Assembly: GCA_002497295.1 (NCBI GenBank)
Contig: DANO01000039.1
Span: forward strand, 16,405 to 80,404
Direction: 5' to 3'
DNA from: Euryarchaeota archaeon UBA171
GTDB taxonomy: Archaea; Thermoplasmatota; Poseidoniia; Poseidoniales; Thalassarchaeaceae
Length of the DNA: 64,000 nucleotides
Numbering within the stretch: position 1 is the stretch's first letter; each line of letters begins with the position of its first letter. The position numbers and the translations under genes were made by a program. The notes beneath the pieces were generated by a model. That model saw only the letters and a list, made by a program, of their open reading frames with translations, was not told the DNA's origin and ran no database searches. This document shows, piece after piece, positions 10,204 to 19,787 of the stretch.

Positions 10204-10554
10204 TCAACCAAACGACTGCCCACAGCCGCAAGATTTGTCTGCATTAGGATTTGTAATCTGGAAACCACCGCCCATCAGCGTATCCTTGTAGTCTAGTACA
10301 ATTCCATTAAGGAGATCGGAATCCCTGTCATGTATCATGATGGTTCTTCCTCCGACGGATATGGATTGATAGCCCTCTTCATCGGGCCTATCTACAATCT
10401 TCATGTCATACAGATAGCCCGAGCATCCCCCAGACTCTGCAGATATCACAAGTACGGACCCTTCTCCATCATCAGACATGGATTTCTCTATGGCTGACTT
10501 TGCAGTCTCGGTGACATCTATTTTCACCTCTACGACATCGACTTCCACGGCCAT
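10204..10554 (-). CDS. IscA/HesB/ErpA-family Fe-S cluster insertion protein
   Basis: The sequence GGCSGY...D....GG..I.I.......L.G..LDY........GF...NPNA...CGCG.SF is the classical A-type carrier motif set. The start was chosen at MAVEVD; the track ORF extends to 10641. Confidence 0.85.
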   Translation of the reverse strand: MAVEVDVVEVKIDVTETAKSAIEKSMSDDGEGSVLVISAESGGCSGYLYDMKIVDRPDEEGYQSISVGGRTIMIHDRDSDLLNGIVLDYKDTLMGGGFQITNPNADKSCGCGQSFG

Positions 10555-10639
10555 CGGCAGACCGAGTCCGCTCCCGCCTATCAGCCCCATGTGTCTCTGT
10601 CGGTCTGTTGATATTTGAACCCGTCCAGGGATATCTGGC

Positions 10640-11437
10640 ATGAATGCTCATGATCGACCCGATAACGGGGAATGGATTGAAATCGAATCCAGGTATTTGA
10701 GTTCGGACGATGGCACTGAATTCGATTACAAAGCGCCTCTCGAAGAACCATTGAGGATATCTATAACACATCTAGGGAAGACCAATTACCTTGGCATTTT
10801 TATGAGAACCCCGGGCAATGACCTGAATCTAGTTAGAGGGCTTCTCTACAATGAAGGAATAATTACAGAACTAGATTCGATAGATACGCTCACTCTTGAA
10901 GACGGTTTAGCAAAGATAGCCCTCATGGATGATACCCCCTACGACCCTTCCGAACACAATAGAAACATGATGGTGACGGGTTCATGCGGTCTTTGCGGAC
11001 GTAGTGCCTTACACGACCATCAACCTGTTAATTCTCATGACACATTCTCACAAAAACAGATTCATGATATGCATGCTTTGGCTATGCAGCAACAGCATAT
11101 GTTTAGGGAAACTGGAGGTACACACGGTGCTGCAGCCTTCAACTCGAAGGGGGATATGATTGGCTGTGAGGAAGATGTAGGACGTCACAATGCGATGGAT
11201 AAGCTAACTGGATACCTGCTGACTGAATCACTCGCCCCGTCAGTATGTACACTATCTGGTCGAATCTCATATGAATTGGTTCAGAAAGCAATCAGAAGTG
11301 GGTACTGCATTCTTTCTGCTGTCGGCTCCGCAACCACTTTGGCCATTCAGCTGGCTAGAGAGTATGATCTCACTCTCGTCTCATTTGCCAGGGTAGATAG
11401 GATGACAGTTCTATCAGCTCCAAGACGTATACGATGA
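10640..11437 (+). CDS. fdhD: FdhD sulfurtransferase (formate dehydrogenase/molybdoenzyme accessory)
   Basis: 265 aa. Motifs seen: GSCGLCG, GGTHGAA, EDVGRHNAMDKL. Confidence 0.9.
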   Translation: MNAHDRPDNGEWIEIESRYLSSDDGTEFDYKAPLEEPLRISITHLGKTNYLGIFMRTPGNDLNLVRGLLYNEGIITELDSIDTLTLEDGLAKIALMDDTPYDPSEHNRNMMVTGSCGLCGRSALHDHQPVNSHDTFSQKQIHDMHALAMQQQHMFRETGGTHGAAAFNSKGDMIGCEEDVGRHNAMDKLTGYLLTESLAPSVCTLSGRISYELVQKAIRSGYCILSAVGSATTLAIQLAREYDLTLVSFARVDRMTVLSAPRRIR

Positions 11438-11506
11438 ATGACAGTAACCGATGGACACTACTGAATCTTCAGACATGCATATACCGGTGTAACTGCGCAC
11501 AGGGCC

Positions 11507-13774
11507 ATGGGCAGAGGGGCTTCGAGAACAGGCCCGACTAATTTCAAACAACCAACTCTAGCTCCTGTCAAAGAAGTCGCTGCGGGCCTTCCAGCTGTAG
11601 TTTCGGCTTGGAAACACGGCATAGGGAAGATGGGTCCACTGGATTCTGCCAAAACACTCAGTCGTGCAAATCAACATAAGGGGTTCGATTGTCCGGGTTG
11701 CGCATGGCCTGATCCATCAGAACCGTCGCCCTTTGAGTATTGTGAGAATGGTGCAAAGGCCATCGCTGATGAGGCAACTAACAAAGTGATACAAGACTCG
11801 TTCTGGGAGGAGAATAGCGTTTTGTCGCTGGCTAGGAAATCTGACATTTGGTTGAATGCACAAGGCAGGCTCTCGAGACCACTGATCATGGAAAAGGATT
11901 CGAACCACTACAGACCCATAGATTGGGACAGGGCCTTCGGGATAATCGGGGCCGCACTCTTCAATCTAGAGAATGAAGATGATGCATACTTCTACACTTC
12001 AGGAAGAGCCTCTAATGAGGCGGCATTTCTTTGGCAATTACTCGCAAGGCAACATGGTACCAATAATCTTCCAGATTGTTCGAATATGTGCCATGAAAGT
12101 TCAGGAGTGGCCTTGGGGGAATCGATAGGCATTGGAAAGGGCACTGTAAGGCTTGAAGACTTCGATCACTCCGATTTGATAGTGGTTGTTGGGCAGAATC
12201 CAGGTACGAATCATCCCAGAATGCTTTCCGCACTCAGTTCTGCTAAGAAATCTGGATCATCTGTATTGAGTATCAATCCAATCAGAGAGACTGGCATGCG
12301 AGGGTTTCGACATCCACAGAACGCCATCGATATGCTAGGCTCCGGAGTGAAAATAGCAGATGATCATGTCGATATCAGAATCAATGGGGACATGGCACTA
12401 TTCAGAGGGATAGGTTCTGTAATGATTGAAAATGGGTGGATCGATAAGTCATTTATCGATTCCAGTACCAGCGGTTACAATTCTTATGTAAAAGCCTCAA
12501 AGAAAATTGATTGGGGCGAGATTGAGAAGGCAACAGGCCAATCCGAATCCAGGATAAGGGACCTAGCCACTCTTTTCTCAAGATCCAGGAGTACCATCAT
12601 TTGTTGGGCTATGGGCATAACCCAGCACAGAAATTCAGTGGATACGATACGCGAGATCGTGAACGTCCTACTATTGGGCGGCCACATAGGCAGGCCAGGA
12701 GCAGGTGTATGCCCTGTGAGGGGACATTCTAATGTTCAGGGCGATAGAACCGTTGGAATCACTCATGCGCCGTCAGAGAAGTTTCTAGCAGCCATCCAGA
12801 AAAGATACGGAGTCCATCCAGTGGAGGGACATGGGGCTGACGCTGTGCATGCGGTGGAGAGGATGAGGGAAAGAGGCGGTATTTTCCTTTCCCTCGGAGG
12901 TAATTTCCTTTCTGCGATGTCCGATACAGATCGAACCGCAGAGGCACTTGAGTCCTGTAGTCTAACAGTCCAGATATCAACTAAATTGAATCGCAGTCAT
13001 CTGATAACCGGTGAAACTGCGATCATACTTCCATGCCTTGGGAGAACGGACGAGCAAGTCACTTCAAACGGCCCTCAGATTCTATCTGTTGAGAATTCGA
13101 TGGGAGTGGTGCATATGTCCAATGGCAGCAAAAGTAGGCCTTCGATGTCAATGCGATCTGAACCTACGATAATAGCCGGAATAGCTCGCAAGCGTCAAGA
13201 TATGGCTGGCGGCGCGATTCAATGGTTAGACTTGGGTTCGGACTTCTCGTTAATCAGAGAAGGAATCGAGGCCACAGTTCCTGGCTTCGAGGCATATAAT
13301 TCCAGAATTCTCCGCCCATCGGGGTTCGAATTGCCAAATCCGCCAAGGGATACCAGAACTTTCAGAACATCCACGGGAAGAGCTGAGTTTTCAGCAGCGG
13401 AAATCTCATCATTTACCCCCGACGATGATGCTTACACTATGATGACAATCAGGTCACATGATCAATTCAATACAACGATATACACTGAAAATGATAGATA
13501 CAGGGGTATTTCTGGTTCGCGGAGGATTATACTCATGTCGAGAGACGATATGAATGAAAGAGGCTTCAGAACTGGTCAAATGGTGGATATATCAACAACA
13601 GGAGTAGATAGGAGGATGGAATCAGATGGGTGGTCAGTAGTCCCATACGATATACCTAGGGGCTGTGTAGCAACTTACTTTCCCGAGTCCAATCATTTGA
13701 TCCCAATAGAGTCATACGCTGAAGGGAGCTTCACCCCTACATCCAAATCGGTTTCAGTGCTAATTAACGGCTAG
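11507..13774 (+). CDS. FdhF/YdeP-family molybdopterin oxidoreductase
   Basis: 755 aa. The N-terminal GFDCPGCAWPDP....F.YCENGAKAIA.E.T resembles E. coli YdeP as I recall it. MopB-type and C-terminal molybdopterin dinucleotide-binding regions follow. It sits directly downstream of fdhD. Confidence 0.85.
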   Translation: MGRGASRTGPTNFKQPTLAPVKEVAAGLPAVVSAWKHGIGKMGPLDSAKTLSRANQHKGFDCPGCAWPDPSEPSPFEYCENGAKAIADEATNKVIQDSFWEENSVLSLARKSDIWLNAQGRLSRPLIMEKDSNHYRPIDWDRAFGIIGAALFNLENEDDAYFYTSGRASNEAAFLWQLLARQHGTNNLPDCSNMCHESSGVALGESIGIGKGTVRLEDFDHSDLIVVVGQNPGTNHPRMLSALSSAKKSGSSVLSINPIRETGMRGFRHPQNAIDMLGSGVKIADDHVDIRINGDMALFRGIGSVMIENGWIDKSFIDSSTSGYNSYVKASKKIDWGEIEKATGQSESRIRDLATLFSRSRSTIICWAMGITQHRNSVDTIREIVNVLLLGGHIGRPGAGVCPVRGHSNVQGDRTVGITHAPSEKFLAAIQKRYGVHPVEGHGADAVHAVERMRERGGIFLSLGGNFLSAMSDTDRTAEALESCSLTVQISTKLNRSHLITGETAIILPCLGRTDEQVTSNGPQILSVENSMGVVHMSNGSKSRPSMSMRSEPTIIAGIARKRQDMAGGAIQWLDLGSDFSLIREGIEATVPGFEAYNSRILRPSGFELPNPPRDTRTFRTSTGRAEFSAAEISSFTPDDDAYTMMTIRSHDQFNTTIYTENDRYRGISGSRRIILMSRDDMNERGFRTGQMVDISTTGVDRRMESDGWSVVPYDIPRGCVATYFPESNHLIPIESYAEGSFTPTSKSVSVLING

Positions 13775-14882
13775 ACGCCTTTTTCAATGCCTTGACTTGC
13801 TTTATGAGCGCCTTCACAGTTTTCTTGTGAGTGCGATCCTGATTCATTTCGGAGGACTTTTTTAGGCAGGTTATGGCATCATCGAATCTCCCCAAGTGGG
13901 TGTATGCATTACCCATGTTGAATATCGCCGCATATCCAAGAGATTCAGGCTTCGCTTCATAGGTTTGGACATATGCGGATATCGCTTCCTCGTACCTGTT
14001 TAGTGCTGAATAGGCATCTGCAATCCCAACCTTAGCCCTTATACGCAGGTCTTCAGGACCATCTGATCTAGTGTAGAGAGTCTTCTCAAAGCAACCCAGT
14101 GCCTCTAATGGCTTTCCATCATTAAGCAGAATTAACCCTTTATTGTACCATTCGATCCCCTCATTCACGGTATCCAATCTTGTTGGCTCATTGGGTTGCT
14201 TGGCTTCAACACTTCTAGCCAAAGCCTCCAAATCGACCCTCGAAGCTGCTTCTATCGCCTCCGCTGTAGATGAGGCTCGGAGCCTGGCTTTATTGGCACG
14301 ATTACTGTAACCAAGGGCTTCGAGACTTTCAGCGAGTCCGTTCCACCTGCCTGCAGACTCTTCAATCTTGATGAGGCGGGTCCAGGCCTCTATAGCTCCG
14401 TTGTAATCTCCTGTGGACATCAGGATTATTGCCTCGCTGTCCTGCGAATAATCAGGTTTGGATGCCAAAATGGATGATTCTTCCTCTAAAACCAGATTGT
14501 CAGAGATAGAAATGATAGATGGTCCCTCTGTAAGTAATTCTCGATCTTCAAATTGTTCATTTCCACCATATCCCTCCGATGCTGACGATTCTTGATCACG
14601 TACACTATCTGCATCACCGATATCCTCAGGAAGGTCCGCAGACTCTTCATTTTCTGTAACTTCACTAGAGCTAAGTAGACTCTCCCCGTATGAAATGGAC
14701 TCTAGTCCTTGTTCTTCGAATCCAAGTTTCGTCAAACCACGGCCTACCATTATCCATGCATGTCCATTCGAGGCAAGATCGTCCTGTACTCTATTTCGGA
14801 GTTCATTGACGACTCTGGCCGGCTCCTCCTCGAGAAGATTTTCCATTTCTGCATGACCTTCGAAGAACTCCATGTACTCCAC
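13764..14882 (-). CDS. TPR-repeat protein with acidic central linker
   Basis: 372 aa. The C-terminal half has repeated W/A..LG.....Y.EAI..Y (TPR-like) units. The centre is an acidic low-complexity stretch. Confidence 0.6.
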   Translation of the reverse strand: MEYMEFFEGHAEMENLLEEEPARVVNELRNRVQDDLASNGHAWIMVGRGLTKLGFEEQGLESISYGESLLSSSEVTENEESADLPEDIGDADSVRDQESSASEGYGGNEQFEDRELLTEGPSIISISDNLVLEEESSILASKPDYSQDSEAIILMSTGDYNGAIEAWTRLIKIEESAGRWNGLAESLEALGYSNRANKARLRASSTAEAIEAASRVDLEALARSVEAKQPNEPTRLDTVNEGIEWYNKGLILLNDGKPLEALGCFEKTLYTRSDGPEDLRIRAKVGIADAYSALNRYEEAISAYVQTYEAKPESLGYAAIFNMGNAYTHLGRFDDAITCLKKSSEMNQDRTHKKTVKALIKQVKALKKASSR

Positions 14883-14955
14883 CGAGTAGGTTTACTATTT
14901 TGAAGGATGTCTTCTTCTGCGCAACTACAATATTGACGATGGTATTCCCATTAAC

Positions 14956-15486
14956 ATGGGTGTGTTGGTAATTTCCGGCGGCTATGGTCTAGATGGGTCC
15001 ACAGGCATTGTCGCTCAAACAATAGTTGCAAGGACAAAATCAAAAGGGATGGATTGCGATGTATTCCGCAACGATATCACAACTCTCCCCTTGATAGGTT
15101 CCCCTGGGTGTTGGGATTCAGAATCGGTATCAGAATACCGCAGCATGGCCGAATCTTCAGAAGGCTTCATACTCATTACACCCGAATATCACGGAACCAT
15201 GAGCAGTACAATGAAATTACAACTTGACTGGTTGGGCAAAGATCAGGTTGGAGGTAAGCCATTCGCGCTTGTCAGCATGCTAGGTGGAGTTTCTAACACA
15301 TCCTCACTCAATCACATGCGTCATGTTGTGAGATGGCTTGGCGGATGGTGTACACCCGAGCAAGTAGCCATTCCGGGTGGCAGAACCCACCTTTCGGACG
15401 ACGATCTTGTAGAAGAAGGCCTTTCAGAGCGGCTCGATGGCGTGCTAGACTCACTAATGCATGCAATAGAGAAGTTCGGGAACTAG
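14956..15486 (+). CDS. NAD(P)H-dependent FMN reductase (flavodoxin-like fold)
   Basis: 176 aa. The motif G.ILITPEYHG..S...K...DWL is typical of the FMN_red family. Confidence 0.75.
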   Translation: MGVLVISGGYGLDGSTGIVAQTIVARTKSKGMDCDVFRNDITTLPLIGSPGCWDSESVSEYRSMAESSEGFILITPEYHGTMSSTMKLQLDWLGKDQVGGKPFALVSMLGGVSNTSSLNHMRHVVRWLGGWCTPEQVAIPGGRTHLSDDDLVEEGLSERLDGVLDSLMHAIEKFGN

Positions 15487-16295
15487 TCTGCCGGGGGCGG
15501 ATTTTCAGCTCTTATCCTATCTTCTTTCTTCTGCCGAGCGACACTGGAGAAGTAGGCAATCATGGGTACGACGATCATCATGGTGAAGCATCCGATCAAA
15601 GAGGCTAGCCCATAGAGTGTTTCGGTAATCGGGTCGAGCTTAAACTCCTCAACGCTAACTAGCTCATGAGTAACAACGTGTATCTCAGGTGCATCAGTAA
15701 GGTTGACGATTTCTCCAGATTTTCTTACCTCTACTGACCACGTAGTTATTCCTTCTGCTTCCGATAAACGTTCTGTTGCTTTCTCAAATGCGCTATCATA
15801 ATCGTCAGCCTCGATATATCCTACTCCGCCCAGAGGAAGCTCGATTTCCACAATCGATTTGAATTCTACAATTCCTTCTGCCTCTAGCGATTCATGTGAG
15901 AAATCTAGATCACAGGACTCAACAATTAACTCAAAATCCTCATCAATATCCTTGCAGGTAAACATCCGACCAGCATTATCTGCACCCAATGATTCACTCG
16001 TGTAGAATGGGATAGAACTTGAAGATACGATCATTTCGGACCCCTCTGAAAGCCCCTCCATAGAGATATTCAACCAAGAAATAGCGGATGTCGTAGTAAC
16101 GTACCACTTCCCGTCACCATCCAGCTCGGCAGTTGTGAGAACTATTTCTTCATTAGTTGTCTCGAATCGATAATATTCGCTATCTAGAGTGTTTGAATAG
16201 ACTGCGTAACCGAGGAGGAGGATAAGGGTCATACCCAGGCCAATCATGGTTCTAAGCATGTTCGGATTCCTTGAGAGGGTTTTCTTCATTACCAC
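15483..16295 (-). CDS. hypothetical membrane-anchored acidic protein (N- and C-terminal TM helices)
   Basis: 270-aa ORF with a hydrophobic helix near each end and an acidic extracytoplasmic middle. I recognise no family. Confidence 0.5.
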   Translation of the reverse strand: MVMKKTLSRNPNMLRTMIGLGMTLILLLGYAVYSNTLDSEYYRFETTNEEIVLTTAELDGDGKWYVTTTSAISWLNISMEGLSEGSEMIVSSSSIPFYTSESLGADNAGRMFTCKDIDEDFELIVESCDLDFSHESLEAEGIVEFKSIVEIELPLGGVGYIEADDYDSAFEKATERLSEAEGITTWSVEVRKSGEIVNLTDAPEIHVVTHELVSVEEFKLDPITETLYGLASLIGCFTMMIVVPMIAYFSSVARQKKEDRIRAENPPPAD

Positions 16296-16419
16296 TCTCT
16301 GGTCGCAACCTGTTTTGAAACCTCGTTAAGGATTAGGGCCCCGCTGCGCTGTCTGACGATTATGGAATGTCATCACGGTTAAATACGGACGGAAGGTCGG
16401 CGGCTTGCCAGGTGTAGAC

Positions 16420-16890
16420 ATGACCACTGTACATGACATCCCAGCCGATCTAATGATCGAGGCTCTTTCGAGCCGACTTGTGGATGACAAGACGGTGGAT
16501 GCGCCCGAGTGGAGCCGCTTCGTTAAGACCGGAATACACAGGGAAAGAATACCCGTTCAAGAAAACTGGTGGAGCATTAGGAGCGCCGCAGTACTCCGTA
16601 AAGTAGCAATGAAGGGACCGATAGGAGTGAATAGGCTCGCTCATGAATTCGGTGGTCCGAGGGATCGCGGAGTAAAGCCAAATTCTGCAGCGTCCGGCTC
16701 CAGAAAAATCATCAGAACCATACTTCAACAGTTGGAGAAGGGCGGTCTCATCGAGCCCAGAACCACACTCGGCGGGAACGTTAACCTAGGCAAAGTAATT
16801 TCATCTAAAGGACAATCATACGTAGATTCCGTGGCCCACGAAGCAAGAGAGGCTGCTGAAGCTAGATATCCGGAGCTCTCTAGATACTGA
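16420..16890 (+). CDS. rps19e: ribosomal protein eS19
   Basis: The sequence V.D.PAD..I..L...L......AP.W..FVKTG..RER.P....WW..R.AA.LRKV...GP.GV..L....GG is the eS19 pattern. The ATG at 16420 is preferred over the TTG at 16405. Confidence 0.9.
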   Translation: MTTVHDIPADLMIEALSSRLVDDKTVDAPEWSRFVKTGIHRERIPVQENWWSIRSAAVLRKVAMKGPIGVNRLAHEFGGPRDRGVKPNSAASGSRKIIRTILQQLEKGGLIEPRTTLGGNVNLGKVISSKGQSYVDSVAHEAREAAEARYPELSRY

Positions 16891-16899
16891 GGTGAACAT

Positions 16900-17055
16900 A
16901 TGGCAAGACACAAGCCCTATGCTAAGAAGAAGCGCCTGATCAAGGTGACTAATCAGAATCGGCGTGTTCCCGTATGGGTGATGATGAGGACTGCCAGGAA
17001 GGTAACCACTCACCCTAAGCGTCACATGTGGCGTAGATCGAAACTCCAGAGGTGA
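16900..17055 (+). CDS. rpl39e: ribosomal protein eL39
   Basis: At 51 aa it is below the ORF-track cutoff. Manual translation: [51 protein letters not shown], a typical eL39 sequence in the typical position before eL31. Confidence 0.9.
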   Translation: MARHKPYAKKKRLIKVTNQNRRVPVWVMMRTARKVTTHPKRHMWRRSKLQR

Positions 17056-17324
17056 ATGCTATGTCCGAAGTTAGAGAAATGGTGATTCCCCTAAGGGCAG
17101 CTTGGAAGGTCCCAAGGAGCCGTAGAGCTAATCGGGCAATGGCAGAGATAAGAAAGCACGTACATCGACACATGAAGGTCTCTGATGATGAGAAAATTTG
17201 GATAGATGAAGACGTGAATCATGCGATATGGGCTCGAGGGATGCAGAAGCCGCCAAGGAAGATTCGCGTCGTCTGCACCAGGGAAGAAGGATTCCCGATT
17301 GAAGTGAAGCTAATGGAGGATTGA
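17052..17324 (+). CDS. rpl31e: ribosomal protein eL31
   Basis: 90 aa. The sequence PLR.AW.VPR.RRA.RA...IR.HV.RHMK.....I.ID..VN..IWARG...PPRKIRV fits eL31. Its start overlaps the eL39 stop. Confidence 0.9.
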   Translation: MNAMSEVREMVIPLRAAWKVPRSRRANRAMAEIRKHVHRHMKVSDDEKIWIDEDVNHAIWARGMQKPPRKIRVVCTREEGFPIEVKLMED

Positions 17325-17325
17325 A

Positions 17326-17517
17326 ATGGGCAATATCAGACCGTCATTCATCAAAATAAGGGCCCTAAGGCTCATTGAGAGGTATCCTGATCATTTCACA
17401 TCAGATTTTGACGAGAACAAGGGTCTCGTAGAGCGCTTCACAGATGTCGATAATAAGAAGATGCGAAACTGGATAGCCGGCTATATCACCAGGTACAAAC
17501 AGCGCAAAGTCGACTGA
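17326..17517 (+). CDS. rps17e: ribosomal protein eS17
   Basis: 63 aa. [32 protein letters not shown]....[11 protein letters not shown] resembles archaeal eS17 (MG.IR..FIKR...L......F..DF..NK...RN.IAGYIT). Confidence 0.85.
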   Translation: MGNIRPSFIKIRALRLIERYPDHFTSDFDENKGLVERFTDVDNKKMRNWIAGYITRYKQRKVD

Positions 17518-17559
17518 CCTAACGCCATCCTTCATGCCACATGATGGCGACCATGGGCC

Positions 17560-18327
17560 ATGGGCAGCCGCAGTATTGAATCCACTCCCGAGTGGGCAAA
17601 TCGAGTTTGCATCATCCTTGTCAGGCCATATCATGAAGGAAATATAGGTGCAGTCGCTCGCTGTATGATGAATTTCGGTATTACCGATCTCCGGATAGTT
17701 GGCAGAGAGGAAGAGCTGACCGAAATTGCTAGGAAGAGAGCCAAACATGCTAATTCGATATTAGATAAGGTCGCCTTCCACGACGATCTGAGGTCTTCAA
17801 CTTCGGACCTTTCCCTTGTGATTGGAACCTCCGGAAAGAGGGAGCTCGGTGATAAGACCCATCATAGGCATTTCCTCCTCCCAGACGAGATTCCAAGCAG
17901 GGTTGAGGAGGATTCTGGAAAAGTCGGCATAGTATTCGGACCGGAAGGTAAAGGATTGTTGAATGATGAGTTGAGGGAATGCGAAATCCTAGTGACGATA
18001 CCCACTTGGGAGGGCTATCCCATAATGAATCTCAGTCATGCGGTTGCAGTAATATGCTATTCATGGTTCATAAATTCGGAGACCGATGGAAATTACGAAG
18101 GCTCCAGAGTTCTATCCCCAGGTCTCAGAAAAAGATTCAGGGAAGAGGTCGGTAGACTTTCGAAGATTGTCCCCACCCAGAATCATAGGAGGAAGAGCAT
18201 AGAGGATACCCTGATACGAATCATAATGCGAGGCCTGCCGAAAGAAGAGGAGATATCCAGAATACTCTCGGTCATTACGTCTGCTGCTGATGCTTTCGAG
18301 GACGTGAAATCAGATGATACGGAGTAA
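17560..18327 (+). CDS. SpoU/TrmH-family RNA 2'-O-methyltransferase (TrmJ-like)
   Basis: 255 aa. Motifs seen: ILVRP.HEGNIGAVAR.M.NFG...L..V, then GPEG.GL and the trefoil-knot C-terminal motif (IP....YP.MNLSHAV). Confidence 0.8.
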   Translation: MGSRSIESTPEWANRVCIILVRPYHEGNIGAVARCMMNFGITDLRIVGREEELTEIARKRAKHANSILDKVAFHDDLRSSTSDLSLVIGTSGKRELGDKTHHRHFLLPDEIPSRVEEDSGKVGIVFGPEGKGLLNDELRECEILVTIPTWEGYPIMNLSHAVAVICYSWFINSETDGNYEGSRVLSPGLRKRFREEVGRLSKIVPTQNHRRKSIEDTLIRIIMRGLPKEEEISRILSVITSAADAFEDVKSDDTE

Positions 18328-18895
18328 TATCTCTATAATCAGCGAAACAGGTGTTGAAGAACCCGGAATTCTCCTTCAAGACCGATCATTTTCAATTGAA
18401 GGCATGGGTTCGTCCATTATCGAACAAATGATGAATATACCAGATTTATCAGATCTTCATATAGCAGGGCTCTCTCAAATTCCATTGGGAAAACTAAGAA
18501 AAAATGCTGTCAGACTACACGCTGTTTGCAGATATAAGAAAGGAGTAAAGAAAACAGACGAAATATCGCCTGTTAGTGTTAGGTGTATAGATATCCATCC
18601 GAGAGCTCTGAATATCAGATGGGAGAGATATGCAAATTTCTTACTTTTTCATGAATATTTACATGCTCTCGGATTTTCAAATCATGGTAAAGAATTCAGG
18701 AGGCTCGAGGCCCTATGGCATGATCCGGAAGCACGCGAAATGGGGCGATCCTTCAGCTTACATCTACGTAAGATGAACGCTAGATGGATTTGGTTCTGCC
18801 CTGCTTGCGAAATTAAACATTTGAAATCTAAGCGATCAAATGGGCGATATAATTGTAGATTGTGTCTATGTTCTTTGATAGATGTTAAAAATTGA
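18314..18895 (+). CDS. HExxH zinc-metallopeptidase-like protein (SprT/YgjP-DUF45-like) with C-terminal Zn-ribbon
   Basis: 193 aa. It has FLLFHEYLHALGFSNHGKEFRRLE (HExxH followed by H..eF, as in SprT/DUF45 families) and a C-terminal CPAC...(x17)...CRLC. By eye it is visibly more AT-rich than its neighbours. Confidence 0.5.
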   Translation: MIRSNISIISETGVEEPGILLQDRSFSIEGMGSSIIEQMMNIPDLSDLHIAGLSQIPLGKLRKNAVRLHAVCRYKKGVKKTDEISPVSVRCIDIHPRALNIRWERYANFLLFHEYLHALGFSNHGKEFRRLEALWHDPEAREMGRSFSLHLRKMNARWIWFCPACEIKHLKSKRSNGRYNCRLCLCSLIDVKN

Positions 18896-18931
18896 ATATC
18901 GCATATACGATCTATCGTATTACGTCCAATA

Positions 18932-19378
18932 TTATGGGGACCATATAGCCCATGATTTAGGCGTCTCTCTAACGTGGAATGAGAGGAGCCTTATCCTATT
19001 TCCATATGCTGTATTTATGTGTGGATTAACCTGTTCGAATGCCCATTTGGCTAGATTTTCTGCCGTTGGCACAAATGGTACTTCCAATGTTTTTTGTCCT
19101 TTGATAATCGAAAGTGCATTTATTGCGTCGATGTCTCCTTCATAGACGATGAAAGCATGATCAACAACATCATGGATATATTTCTCCAGTATCATGGATA
19201 TATCTGAGAAATCCATCAACATACCTTCTTCTGATGTACCTGCCTGGGATACAACATCGCCTTCCAGCTCCACCTCCCATCGATATCTATGTCCATGCAT
19301 ATTCTTGCACTTGCTCTTGTGGTTCGGCACTCTGTGCCCAGTATCCGTTTCGACCCATCTTCTTATTCTACTAGTCAT
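18932..19378 (-). CDS. queD: 6-carboxy-5,6,7,8-tetrahydropterin synthase (QueD / PTPS family)
   Basis: 148 aa. Motifs seen: H.V.......C.N.HGH.Y..EV.L.G, and later a Glu/His catalytic region. Confidence 0.85.
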   Translation of the reverse strand: MTSRIRRWVETDTGHRVPNHKSKCKNMHGHRYRWEVELEGDVVSQAGTSEEGMLMDFSDISMILEKYIHDVVDHAFIVYEGDIDAINALSIIKGQKTLEVPFVPTAENLAKWAFEQVNPHINTAYGNRIRLLSFHVRETPKSWAIWSP

Positions 19379-19787
19379 CTATATCCCTCTCTTTGAAAAT
19401 CATCGATACTGAATTTATACAATATCTTTCACCGCCATATTTTCTAGGGCCATCTTCGAAAACATGGCCAAGGTGAGCATCACAAGATCCGCATCGAACC
19501 TCGACCCTCACCATCCCATATTTTCGATCTATTAGCCTACGTATTCCCGCTTGAGGATGCTCGGTATGGAATGAAGGCCAACCGCAGCCGGAGTCAAATT
19601 TCATATCAGAGGTGAATAAGAGATGATTGCAACAGATACAGAAATAGGATCCTGACCGATCTTCAAGATAAAGAGTGCCTGAGAAAGGAGGTTCTGTCCC
19701 ACCCCTTCTTGTCACCTCGTACTCGATTGGAGTTAGCATGTCTTTCCAGTCTTTTTCCGTTCGAGATTTATCATTCATTGCTGTCAC
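19371..19787 (-). CDS. msrB: peptide-methionine (R)-S-oxide reductase MsrB
   Basis: 138 aa. The sequence Y.C..C...LF.S..KFDSGCGWPSF.........R.EV.C..C.AHLGHVF.DGP.....RYCINS is diagnostic. Confidence 0.95.
   Translation of the reverse strand: MTAMNDKSRTEKDWKDMLTPIEYEVTRRGGTEPPFSGTLYLEDRSGSYFCICCNHLLFTSDMKFDSGCGWPSFHTEHPQAGIRRLIDRKYGMVRVEVRCGSCDAHLGHVFEDGPRKYGGERYCINSVSMIFKERDIDD

Noticed and set aside
11507-13774. Selenocysteine recoding in the YdeP/FdhF-family molybdoenzyme.
   Set aside because: The ORF is uninterrupted, with no in-frame TGA.
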